Below, in pieces: positions 21,546 through 31,000 of a DNA stretch of 64,000 nt (positions within the stretch are counted from its first letter, which is position 1; each line of letters begins with the position of its first letter). This DNA comes from Chamaesiphon sp. Lineage in GTDB: Bacteria; Cyanobacteriota; Cyanobacteriia; Cyanobacteriales; Chamaesiphonaceae. The stretch is from contig CBDFFH010000005.1 in NCBI GenBank assembly GCA_965246715.1, positions 311,148 through 375,147 of the forward strand, read 5' to 3'. The notes below the pieces were generated by a model. The model saw only the letters and a program-made list of their open reading frames with translations, had not been told where the DNA came from and made no database searches. Both the position numbers and the translations under genes were made by a program.

Positions 21546-22253
21546 CTACTCCCGCAATGAATAACCGACCCCCCGTGCAGTATGAATCAATCGCTTTTCA
21601 TTATCCTGTTCTAACTTTAATCGCAGATAGCGAACGTAGACCTCAATAATATTTGAGTCTCCCAGAAAGTCATACCCCCAAATATTTTCGAGAATTTGGT
21701 CTCTGGTAAATACCTGACGCGGATGAGTCATTAAGTATTGCAGAAGATCGAATTCTTTAGCGGTTAAGTCGATCGATCTTTGCCCCCGATGGACTTCACG
21801 AGTGCGGCGATTTAAGATTAAATCTTCAAACTGCAATAGATCGACATCCGTTTCCTGCGTGCGCCGCAAATGAGCGCGAATTCTAGCTAATAGCTCCTCA
21901 ATACTAAACGGTTTAACCAAATAATCATCGGCTCCCGCATCTAAACCTGTCACGCGATCGCCGACTTCATCTCTAGCAGTTAGCAAAATCACCGGAATCT
22001 TAATTCCAGTAGATCGCATCCTCCGACAGAGTTCGACACCAGTTAAACCGGGCAACATCCAATCCAAAATCGCTAAATCTGGCTCCGATTCACGTACCAA
22101 AGATAGTCCAGTCATGCCGTCGTGTGCCACGCTGACGCGATAGCCTTCACTCCCCAATTCCAGTTCGATAAAGCGGGCGAGTTTGACTTCATCTTCAACT
22201 AATAGGATATGTGCCATCATCTGTGTTTCCTTCATCTCGCGTGTGCCCATCAC
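21546..22253 (-). CDS. OmpR-family response regulator
   Basis: ILLVEDE, LDWMLP, GADDYLVKPF, VYVRYLRLKL, TARGVGY; start probably at MAHILL. Confidence 0.95.
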   Translation of the reverse strand: MMGTREMKETQMMAHILLVEDEVKLARFIELELGSEGYRVSVAHDGMTGLSLVRESEPDLAILDWMLPGLTGVELCRRMRSTGIKIPVILLTARDEVGDRVTGLDAGADDYLVKPFSIEELLARIRAHLRRTQETDVDLLQFEDLILNRRTREVHRGQRSIDLTAKEFDLLQYLMTHPRQVFTRDQILENIWGYDFLGDSNIIEVYVRYLRLKLEQDNEKRLIHTARGVGYSLRE

Positions 22254-22274
22254 TCATTATCTGTGGTCGGACGG

Positions 22275-23009
22275 TTATTTAGGCATGTTTAGAGCTGGAG
22301 CTGACTGCACGGTACAAAGCTTTTTGTCGCACTGCTGCTCGTAGAGCTTTTCCACGTAGGGTTTTTGCCAAGCCAGAGGAACTTCGAGTAACGCCTGGGT
22401 GCCAGTAAAAGCTTGCCCGATAAACAGTAGCAACGCCAACGAATTTAAACTAATGTGAATATTCCGCCAGCGATTGGTGCGATCCTGATAAATTTCTCTG
22501 ACGATCGCCAGGGAAAAAATCATTAAGATCGCCGCAGTAATCCCATAATAGTAATGGGAAATATACCACTGTTCTGTTTTGCGATAAACACCATCCTGAC
22601 TGCCGATAACGATGAGCGCAACGCTGGTAAGGATGGCAAATACTACCCGCCACAGTCTAGTTTTAGCACGATAAAGTAATACTAGCGACCCGATCGCTGC
22701 TGCAAATACAAAACTAATTAAGATGACCTGAAATGGATTGTGTGCCCATAATTTCTTATCGACAATATTACCAAATACATCATTGGCAAATGCTAATAAA
22801 ACGATACCCACTACCGCACCTGTCAACCACCGACCTAATTGAGCATGTTCTGGCCCCGCGCTGGGTGGAATGGCACTTTTCTTGCCTGTGGACACTTGTA
22901 ACCGCCGCTGACGAGTTTGGAGCGCACGATTCATCACCATGCCAAGTAACGGAAATACTACAGTGATAGCAATGAGTGGATGTAACAATAAGATCGTATC
23001 TCTATTCAT
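22275..23009 (-). CDS. Membrane protein, DUF4079-like
   Basis: LLHP, HAQLGRW, SHYYYG, WRNIH pattern with several TMs; start at MNRDT after GGAGG. Confidence 0.7.
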   Translation of the reverse strand: MNRDTILLLHPLIAITVVFPLLGMVMNRALQTRQRRLQVSTGKKSAIPPSAGPEHAQLGRWLTGAVVGIVLLAFANDVFGNIVDKKLWAHNPFQVILISFVFAAAIGSLVLLYRAKTRLWRVVFAILTSVALIVIGSQDGVYRKTEQWYISHYYYGITAAILMIFSLAIVREIYQDRTNRWRNIHISLNSLALLLFIGQAFTGTQALLEVPLAWQKPYVEKLYEQQCDKKLCTVQSAPALNMPK

Positions 23010-23271
23010 GAAAACCTCCCGATCTTGCTTAATATTTAGGGGTAAATAATTCTTGTAAGTCGATCTAAAATAAGCACAACCCAACCCAAAAAATTTATGT
23101 TGTTTAATAATTCCTATGTTTAATACCGATCGACGACAGTAGGCTCTACCAACACCAATGCATCAAATTTAAGCAAAGTTAAAGGGGTCAAGAATCGAGA
23201 TCTGTTCTTTCGCCTCGATCCCCTCAAACTAAAGCATTCATCCTCAGAACGGCACCTAGCAAGTTAGAATA

Positions 23272-23637
23272 TTACTTAACTTCACTTGCTAAAAATGCAG
23301 TTATTCTACCTTTTTTGACCGCAACTACCACATCGTAAGTAGCACAATAGGAGAAGGTGACATTATTGGCTTTGTTGTATAGATTGACGACCATACCTGC
23401 GCCACCAGGTTGAACTCCCAGCGGTTCGAGATCGCCATAGAAGAACCGACGTAGCTGGTCGCCACCACCGATCTGACCCTTGTTTTTAGTAATTAAACTG
23501 ATTTTTTCTTGGACGGAGGGGCCTTCAGCCGCACTGGCAACTATCCCGATCGAGGGCGCGAATGTCCCAGGTGTAATATGACCGACAGTAACTAAGCCCA
23601 ACATTGCAACACTTGTAACCAAAGAAGTTAATTTCAT
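23272..23637 (-). CDS. Secreted hypothetical protein
   Basis: Signal-peptide-like N-terminus; compact C-terminal domain with one Cys. Confidence 0.65.
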   Translation of the reverse strand: MKLTSLVTSVAMLGLVTVGHITPGTFAPSIGIVASAAEGPSVQEKISLITKNKGQIGGGDQLRRFFYGDLEPLGVQPGGAGMVVNLYNKANNVTFSYCATYDVVVAVKKGRITAFLASEVK

Positions 23638-23748
23638 AGAATTTCTGGTGAATATCGATAGAATGTTTTTCAGCAGAACCCAATTGGCTCACTGAATCAA
23701 CTATCGCAGCTACCACTGAAAGCACTCTGAACTTAGCCGATCGATTTC

Positions 23749-23799
23749 CTGAATTTATGCTGAAATTCTCCTTAGTTAAATCTCAGCAATTTCTCAGAT
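23749..23799. promoter_or_regulatory. Divergent 11-bp-period boxes (CTGAAT/CTGAAA and TCTCAG/TCTCAG)
   Basis: TCTCAGCAATTTCTCAGAT at 23781 is identical to the copy at 3950. Confidence 0.65.
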
Positions 23800-24146
23800 G
23801 ATGTCGCAATCGATCGATTTCGAGCCGGGCGATCGAAATTATTTTCAGCTCGATCGAACTAGCCGAAGGTGGGATAGGTGGCTTCGATCGTTGGATTACG
23901 CCTATTCCAAGCGAACTAGACCGCATTTGAGGGCGACAATTACGGCTTGAGTGCGATCGACTATTAGACGACAGTGAGAATGCACCGTGTCGGCGTTGCC
24001 GAATCGCCATCATCGATTCGGCTCGAATACTCTTGCCTAGCAGAGCTTTTTAGTAATTTTTCATTCGATTCATTTACTGGGCAAGGGTTTTAAGACACCC
24101 TTTAAGATGCGAAAACCGAGTTCCAAACAGATCGAGGATTGGTCAC

Positions 24147-25139
24147 TCATTTCCCACCATTACCTGCCAACAAATTCTCCAGCATCCCAGAAGCACCCTT
24201 CTGTTCCTGCCGTCGATTATCATCATACAAATTCAAAGTATTCTGATTTCGATGCCGACTCAACGCCTGCGCTGCCCGCAGATTACCTCCACTAGCATCT
24301 AAAAACGCCGTAATCGAACTATGCCGCAAACGATGAGGCGACACCCGCCGCTCGATCCCCGCAGCCTCAGCATAGCCCTGAACGATCCGATAAATACTAT
24401 CCCCAGCAATCCTCGCCCCATAACAATTGTGGCTCAAAGAAACAATTAGTGGCTGTCCTGGCACATTACAGGGATGAAAATTCAGCCACTCCGCCACAGC
24501 ATAACTCACACTATCGCTAAGATCGATCGCCACCTTCGCTCGTTTCCCCTTCCCCAAAATCGTCAACTTCTGCTGCTGAGGTAGAAAATCCTCAATATTC
24601 GCACTGGCAATTTCGCCCCGCCGGAGCGCATTGCCCCAGAATAATAGCATGATTGCATAATCCCTCACCCCAATCGGCGTACTCGGATCGATTGCCGCCA
24701 ACATCGATTTAAACTGTTCGACCGAAATTCCCCTAGTATCGCGATAAGTTTCAGCGGGAATGCTCTCGATATCGCCCAGATCGGTCGTGGTTTTACCCAG
24801 CTTCCGCGCCATATCGGTTAAGCTCTTAATCGCCGCCAGCCGGACATTAATCGTGCTGGGTGCCAGATTTTTATCGATCGAGTGACGACGATACCTTAAT
24901 ACCATCTCAATTGCCGCATATCGATCGAGATCTAGAAATTCCGAGATCGTTGCTGGGGTCGCAGAGCCACTATAAGCAAACTGACAGAAATTCTCGATCG
25001 CCTTAACGTACTGTTTCCTAGTACTATCGGTAATCTTCAACTGCCCAAACTCCGCCCAGAGATTATCTCGATCGACTGTGGTTAATTCGGCTGGGGACGG
25101 CTGGAGTTTGATAAGTTGGGGAGTAAGGTTATTTAGCAC
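24147..25139 (-). CDS. Tyrosine recombinase/integrase (XerC/D-like)
   Basis: NALRRGEI (R), GKG (K), PHRLRHS (HxxR), SRH, LNLYDD (Y). Confidence 0.93.
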   Translation of the reverse strand: MLNNLTPQLIKLQPSPAELTTVDRDNLWAEFGQLKITDSTRKQYVKAIENFCQFAYSGSATPATISEFLDLDRYAAIEMVLRYRRHSIDKNLAPSTINVRLAAIKSLTDMARKLGKTTTDLGDIESIPAETYRDTRGISVEQFKSMLAAIDPSTPIGVRDYAIMLLFWGNALRRGEIASANIEDFLPQQQKLTILGKGKRAKVAIDLSDSVSYAVAEWLNFHPCNVPGQPLIVSLSHNCYGARIAGDSIYRIVQGYAEAAGIERRVSPHRLRHSSITAFLDASGGNLRAAQALSRHRNQNTLNLYDDNRRQEQKGASGMLENLLAGNGGK

Positions 25140-25180
25140 GATCGATCTTCTTATTTGACTAGGCTAAAATTTCCGAGCAT

Positions 25181-25579
25181 TTATTTGAGCAAGTAATTCT
25201 CAAGTTCTGAATATTGGGAAAATAAACCATCCACACTAGCTAACTTCGCCCCAGATTCTAAAGCTGTGGCAATAATCAATCGATCGAACGGATCTTTATG
25301 AACTGGAGATAACTCGACTGCACGAGCAGCAATATTTGCAGTCAGTGGAAACAATTCAATTCCAACTGGATCGAGAGCTTGTTGAAACCATTCTTGTGGG
25401 GTAGTAGAAATCTTGATTCGGCCCTTTTGATGTGCCATCGCAATCTCATAACAGGATACCGGAGAGATGCCAACACGAGCGGCAGATTCGATCCGCTCTC
25501 GCCAGTGAGCCGGAAATTCTGCAAAATTAGCATTGATAAGCCAAAGCCAGATGTGCGTGTCGAGAATGATTATTTCAGA
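25181..25579 (-). CDS. PIN-domain (VapC-like) toxin
   Basis: ILDTHIWLW, SCYEIA, HKDPFDRLIIATA. Confidence 0.92.
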   Translation of the reverse strand, partial: SEIIILDTHIWLWLINANFAEFPAHWRERIESAARVGISPVSCYEIAMAHQKGRIKISTTPQEWFQQALDPVGIELFPLTANIAARAVELSPVHKDPFDRLIIATALESGAKLASVDGLFSQYSELENYLLK

Positions 25580-25797
25580 CATTCCCAATCTTCCTCAGCC
25601 ACAATTGGACTGACGATATCCCCTAAAATTTGAACCGTTCCTGCCAATTCAGTTGGAAATGTTCGGCGTTTGGTAGTAGGGAGTAACGTCTCTTCAAGCA
25701 CTGTCACGACTACACGGGCAGAATGTACCAAAGATGGTCGATCTACTAGCCACTTCATCTCACCATTTTCATAAATTGCTTCATAGCTTTTCAACAT
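25570..25797 (-). CDS. Putative antitoxin (AF2212/DUF104-like)
   Basis: SYEAIYENG motif; small; overlaps the toxin start. Confidence 0.78.
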   Translation of the reverse strand: MLKSYEAIYENGEMKWLVDRPSLVHSARVVVTVLEETLLPTTKRRTFPTELAGTVQILGDIVSPIVAEEDWECLK

Positions 25798-25849
25798 AGC
25801 TTTATTTCCAGTGATACTCGATCTGATTTAAGAACAATTATACTAAGGA

Positions 25850-25906
25850 TTAGATTAACATTTTCGCGATGTAATCTCGAAATTCTAGATGTTGATAAAG
25901 TCTCAT
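25850..25906 (-). pseudogene. 5' stub of a probable AbiEii-type nucleotidyltransferase toxin (MRLYQHLEFRDYIAKMLI*)
   Basis: ATGA overlap with the stop of the AbiEi-like gene; only 18 codons remain. Confidence 0.5.
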
Positions 25907-26613
25907 TTGGCTTGCCACTCCTGGGCATACCAGAGAGTACTCAATTTTCCAAATTCAAACCGCGAGTAAGGATTCAAGCCCATTCTCAACTGCTGTAATA
26001 ACTCCTTTGCATATTTCAATTCCTGTCCGATTGCCCCTAACATCGCTCGAACTCTCGGCGGTTCGGCGTGAGCGATAACGACTAATCGCTCGAATCGTCC
26101 TGGGACTCGAAAGTGATTCAGTAATTGCTCGTTCGTTTCTGCGGGTGATAAGTCGCTCCATTCTCCCCGCGATCGTAAAAAGTCTAGCAGGGCTGCTTCG
26201 GTAGCCGATAAATTCTCCCATGTACTCGGGCGACGGGTATAAAGTTTGGCTCTTTGTCCCAACCACGCTGTCGGTAAACTATTGGCAGTAGTAGCGAAAG
26301 TCCCATCGATTGCATTTTGAGTCGTAAATCCGAGTAAATTAGCAGCATTTACTCCGGCTGGATAGACGCGGGTTTGAGTGAGTTGATAGGGTAATTCAGA
26401 TCGGACTGGTTGGCTGTAACCGAATCGAGTTGGGCGAGGATGGTAGTAATGTCCTTTGCTGATACGTTGGAGAATGCCTTCTTTAACCAATTGGGTGAAG
26501 GTTTTAGCAATGGTGGCTGAGGGATAGTCGGATAAATCTTGATGGTTCCAAAATCTTTCCCCGCCAGCAAGAATCCGTTGGCGGATGGATTCAGTCTTGG
26601 TTAGGGTTTTCAT
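25903..26613 (-). CDS. AbiEi-like / DUF6088-type antitoxin with N-terminal wHTH
   Basis: LVKEGILQRISKGHYY wHTH; AANLLGFTTQN motif. Confidence 0.75.
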   Translation of the reverse strand: MKTLTKTESIRQRILAGGERFWNHQDLSDYPSATIAKTFTQLVKEGILQRISKGHYYHPRPTRFGYSQPVRSELPYQLTQTRVYPAGVNAANLLGFTTQNAIDGTFATTANSLPTAWLGQRAKLYTRRPSTWENLSATEAALLDFLRSRGEWSDLSPAETNEQLLNHFRVPGRFERLVVIAHAEPPRVRAMLGAIGQELKYAKELLQQLRMGLNPYSRFEFGKLSTLWYAQEWQAK

Positions 26614-26732
26614 CGCGTGAAGAATGGAATGCTAGTCGCTGTCTCAATTTTAAACTATTTTCCAGGTTTTTAACAGAAAAACTTCTAGTCAAGCGTAGCA
26701 GAGCAAAATAATACGAACACATTGCAGACGAC

Positions 26733-26761
26733 ATGTATAGAAAAGACTATTTTCTATACAT
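26733..26761. promoter_or_regulatory. Perfect 12-bp inverted repeat in the divergent promoter region
   Basis: ATGTATAGAAAA-GACTA-TTTTCTATACAT. Confidence 0.6.
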
Positions 26762-26907
26762 ATTTTTCCAACGTGCATAGATTTGACCTATTTTTGATAA
26801 ACGTTGCCACGATCGTATCCAATCGTGGAAATCTGGATCGTGACGCAAATAGATAGTGAAATTAATATATGTTATTTTTGATATGTGTTAATTTTACTAG
26901 CTATTTT

Positions 26908-28071
26908 ATGCGAACTAATCCTGGCGGTGGGCTGGCACCAGAAGAAGTGGTAGGGCGCGATGCACTCATCGCCGATCTGTGGGACAAATTGGAGCGTCAC
27001 AGCGTGATGATGACAGCCGAGCGACGGATGGGCAAAACCAGCGTGTTGAGGAAAATGCTAGCACAGCAGCCACCAGGGATAACAGCATTTTATTGGGACT
27101 TAGAGAATATCCGATCGCCCGAAGCTCTGGTGCAGGAGATATTTAATAAAGTCAGTGAGGATCTTGGCAACAGCCAAAAATGGCAGGGCAAAGTTCAGCA
27201 ACTGCTTAAAAACTGGGGATTGGGCGGGGAGAAGATTGCCGGAGTCAGCTTACCTAAGCCAGATTTGACTTGGCAACAACATCTTCAAGGCATAGTGCGG
27301 GATCTTTCTGCCCAAGTCGCAGATCGAGAACGTTGGTTATTCTTATTCGATGAGTTGCCGCTAGCGATCGATAACATCCGGCAGGATAAAGGAGCTAGCA
27401 TCGCAATGGAAGTACTCGATACTTTAAGATCGATCCGCCAAGACTATCCCCAAATTCGGATGGTGTACACCGGATCGATCGGTTTGCATCATGTGGTGGC
27501 AGAGCTAAGGCAGCAAGGATATCGGAATGCACCCACTAACGATTTACCATTTGTAGAAGTAGAGCCGCTGGCTGAGTATGATGCTTGGAAACTGGCACAG
27601 GATCTGTTGATTGGCGAGAAAGTGGCAACTGAGGATCTGGCAGCAGTAAGTCAAGCAATCGCCTTAGCAGTCGATGGCAATGCTTTCTATATTCATCACA
27701 GTGTTGCCAGACTCAAAGGGATAGCTCAACCGATCGATGTCGCACGAGTAGAAGCGATGCTCCAAGCAGCGGTGCGTCAGTATGATGTTTGGGATCTGAG
27801 CTACTTTGAAAAGCGCATTGGTAGCTACTATGGAGAAAATGCCAAGTTGGCACTCCTAGCATTAGACGAACTAGCTCCAGAATTAGCATTAACGATCGGT
27901 GACTGGTGGAATCGGGTGAGTATCCAGACACCAAATCTGAATAAAGAAGTTTTTCGCTCGACGCTCAATCTGTTAGAACAAGACCATTATATTTGCCGAA
28001 ATGACGCGGGAGCCTACCAGTTTCGCTTTTCGCTAGTGCGACGCTATTGGCATCAGCAACGGGGGAATTAG
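26908..28071 (+). CDS. STAND/AAA-type P-loop ATPase with C-terminal wHTH and no effector domain
   Basis: VVGRD, Walker A AERRMGKTS, Walker B LFLFDEL, YTGS, GNAFYI; ATG 26908 preferred. Confidence 0.8.
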   Translation: MRTNPGGGLAPEEVVGRDALIADLWDKLERHSVMMTAERRMGKTSVLRKMLAQQPPGITAFYWDLENIRSPEALVQEIFNKVSEDLGNSQKWQGKVQQLLKNWGLGGEKIAGVSLPKPDLTWQQHLQGIVRDLSAQVADRERWLFLFDELPLAIDNIRQDKGASIAMEVLDTLRSIRQDYPQIRMVYTGSIGLHHVVAELRQQGYRNAPTNDLPFVEVEPLAEYDAWKLAQDLLIGEKVATEDLAAVSQAIALAVDGNAFYIHHSVARLKGIAQPIDVARVEAMLQAAVRQYDVWDLSYFEKRIGSYYGENAKLALLALDELAPELALTIGDWWNRVSIQTPNLNKEVFRSTLNLLEQDHYICRNDAGAYQFRFSLVRRYWHQQRGN

Positions 28072-28075
28072 CAAA

Positions 28076-31000
28076 ATGGCGAACCAGATGATTTCGGCGT
28101 TTACGCCCAGCCTGATGTCCCCTCAAGAGCTAGAGACGATCCTCGTGCAGCGGCAGGATTTGGCGCAGGAACTATTCGAGAAAATCGTGTTGAGTGCGAC
28201 GACTCCAGCCAAACATTATGCCTTGCTGATTGGAATGCGGGGGATGGGGAAGACGCATTTGGTGGCACTGATTTATTATCGATTGCTAGCAGAGTTCGAT
28301 CGCAACCCAACGTTCAAAGATAAGTTGGTTATTGCTTGGCTGCGGGAGGAGGAATGGGGGGTAGATTCCTGGTTGGATTTGGTGAGTCGGATTCTGCGCG
28401 CTCTAGCCGTTGCAGAACCTCAGTCGAAATCGCTCCTAGAGGAGTTACGACGGATTTCGATCGAGGATTCGATCGATCGAGCGGCGGCTAATGCGACTCG
28501 ATTGTTGAAGGAAGCAATTGGGAATCGCACCCTATTGCTGATGATGGAGAACCTCGACGATCTGTTTAAAGGCTTGGGAGAAGCGGGTCAGCAGCAGTTT
28601 CGGTCTTTCTTGCAAGCGGAGCAGTGCTGCACGATTTTAGCGACTACTCCGGCGTTATTTACTGCGGTGCAAAGTCGTACCAAACCATTTTTTGGGTTCT
28701 TCAATCCGATTTATCTCGACAGGTTGACTGTACCAGAAGCGATCGAAATGTTGGGAAAGATTGCCACTTTAGGGGGACAGGAAGAGTTAGCAAGTTTCTT
28801 ACAAACACCCTTGGGACGGGCGCGGGTGCGAGCGGTACATCATTTGGCTGGGGGAAATCCACGGGTGTATATGCTGTTTTCGCAGTTTATTACGCGGGAT
28901 GCTTTGGATAGTTTGGTAGAGGCATTTATGAAGATGCTCGACGACTTGACACCTTACTATCAAGCGCGGATGAAGGAGTTATCCAATCAACAGCGGAAGA
29001 TTGTCGAGTTATTGGTGGACAAGCGACATCCGGTGATGGTTAAGGAGATTGCAGCGGACTGTTTTATCGATCCGGGGACGGCAGCGAGTCAGTTGCGGGA
29101 GTTGCGGAAGCTGGGCTACGTGGAAGCGGAGCAGAATGGGCGCGAGTCCTTTTATGAGCTGCACGAAGTGTTGATGCGCCTGTGTTTGGAGGTAAAAAAG
29201 CAGCGGGGGCAGTGGATCGAGATTTTTGTGGAGTTTCTCAAAATTTGGTATCCGCTCTCGGAACGCAAGAACCAGTTAGAGTTGATGCGGGGTAAGAGTC
29301 AATATATCAAAGACGAACATTTAGAGCGTGCGTTGTTGAGTGATGAAGATCCCTGCTTTATCGGTTCGCAGCGGGATTTGCAGCGAGCGTTGAAGGAACA
29401 GCAACAGTTATTAGCTACTGAGACATTAGAAGAATTATTTCATAGCAAAAGGCTGACTGAAGAAAATTACCAAGAGATTTTGGAATTGGTGCAGACGGAT
29501 CGATATAGTGAAGCTCAGAAGCTATTATCAGAGATCGTCAGTCAAAAAGATCGATCGGTTGAGAAATCTGAGCTAACCTTTTCGCTACAACTTTTGGCAG
29601 GATTGGAGCTACTGGCAGCAAAGAAAAATTTAGAAGCTCTAGAACTGTTTGATACGCTGTTAGCTGAGAATGAAAGCGATGTAGATGCTTGGAGTATGCG
29701 AGGTATTTCTCTGCGTAGACTAGGAAGATATGAAGAAGCAATCGTTAGTTACGATCGGGCGATCTCGATTAAATTCGATGACCATGAAACTTGGAATAAC
29801 CGAGGTATTTCTCTGCATGATTCAGGAAGATATGAAGAGGCGATCGCTAGTTACGATCGTACGATTGAACTCAAACCAGATAACTATGAAGCTTGGTATA
29901 ACCGTGGAGTTTGTTTGGATAATTTAGAAATGTATAAAGAAGCGATCTCCAGCTATGAAGGTGCGCTCGAATATAAACCAGCTTTAAAAGAAGCTTGGCA
30001 CAACCGTGGCATCTCTCTGGGTAAATTAGCAAGATATGAGGAGGCGATCGCCAGCTTCGATCGAGCAATAGAGATTCAGCCCGATAAAGATGATGCTTGG
30101 TACAATCGAGGGATTACTCAAGGAAAGTTAGGCAATCATCAAGATGCACTTGACAGTTTCGATCGAGTCATAGAGATTCAACCCAGTAAATATAATGCTT
30201 GGTACGATCGAGGTGTATCTCTAGGGCTTTTAGGAAGATATGAGGAAGCAATTGATAGTTACACTCATTTTATATCTATTAAACCTGATGAGCCTGAAGC
30301 TTGGTACGGCAAAGGGACTGCTCAAGGAAATTTAGGAAAATATGAAGAGGCAATTCATAGTTTCGATCGGACGATTGAGCTTAAATCTGACGACTGTAGT
30401 GCTTGGCACGATCGAGGTCTATGTTTTCACTATTTAGGGGATTATGAACGGGCAATCTTCAGTTTCGATCGGGCTTTGTCGATTGAAGTCAATGACTATA
30501 AATCTTGGAGCGATCGAGGTACTTCTCTGACCGATTCAGGAAGATATGAAGAGGCGATTGATAGCTTCAATCGCGCTATCTCGATCGAACCTGATGAATA
30601 TATACCCATTCATAATCAGGGTTGGGTTTATTTCAAATTTGGTAAGTTTACGGAATCACTCAATTGTTTCGAGCGAGCGATTGCGCTCGCACCGAATAGT
30701 CATGTTTCTTGGTATCGCAAAGGACTCGTTCAATTTGTCATGGGCAATTACGAAAATGCCCTTAATTCTTGGCAACAAACTTTTCAAATCATCCACCAAC
30801 TCACTCCACGTCTCAATGATATTGCCGGACTCATCCAAGAATTCCTCGGACAACTAATTCCCCGACTCTCATTACTCATCAACCCACTCCTACCAAGCGA
30901 AGCTAAAGTATCAATCCTGCCGCCGATTAGCATCTCACCTCCACCATCCCTCAACCCGTCAACACCTCCATCCACAAACTCCTCGCCGCCTCCACCATTC

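Noticed and set aside
29680..30790. 102-bp periodic repeats that could suggest a CRISPR array or a DGR
   Set aside because: They are in-frame TPR units with no constant repeat/unique spacer structure; no reverse transcriptase or cas gene is in the window
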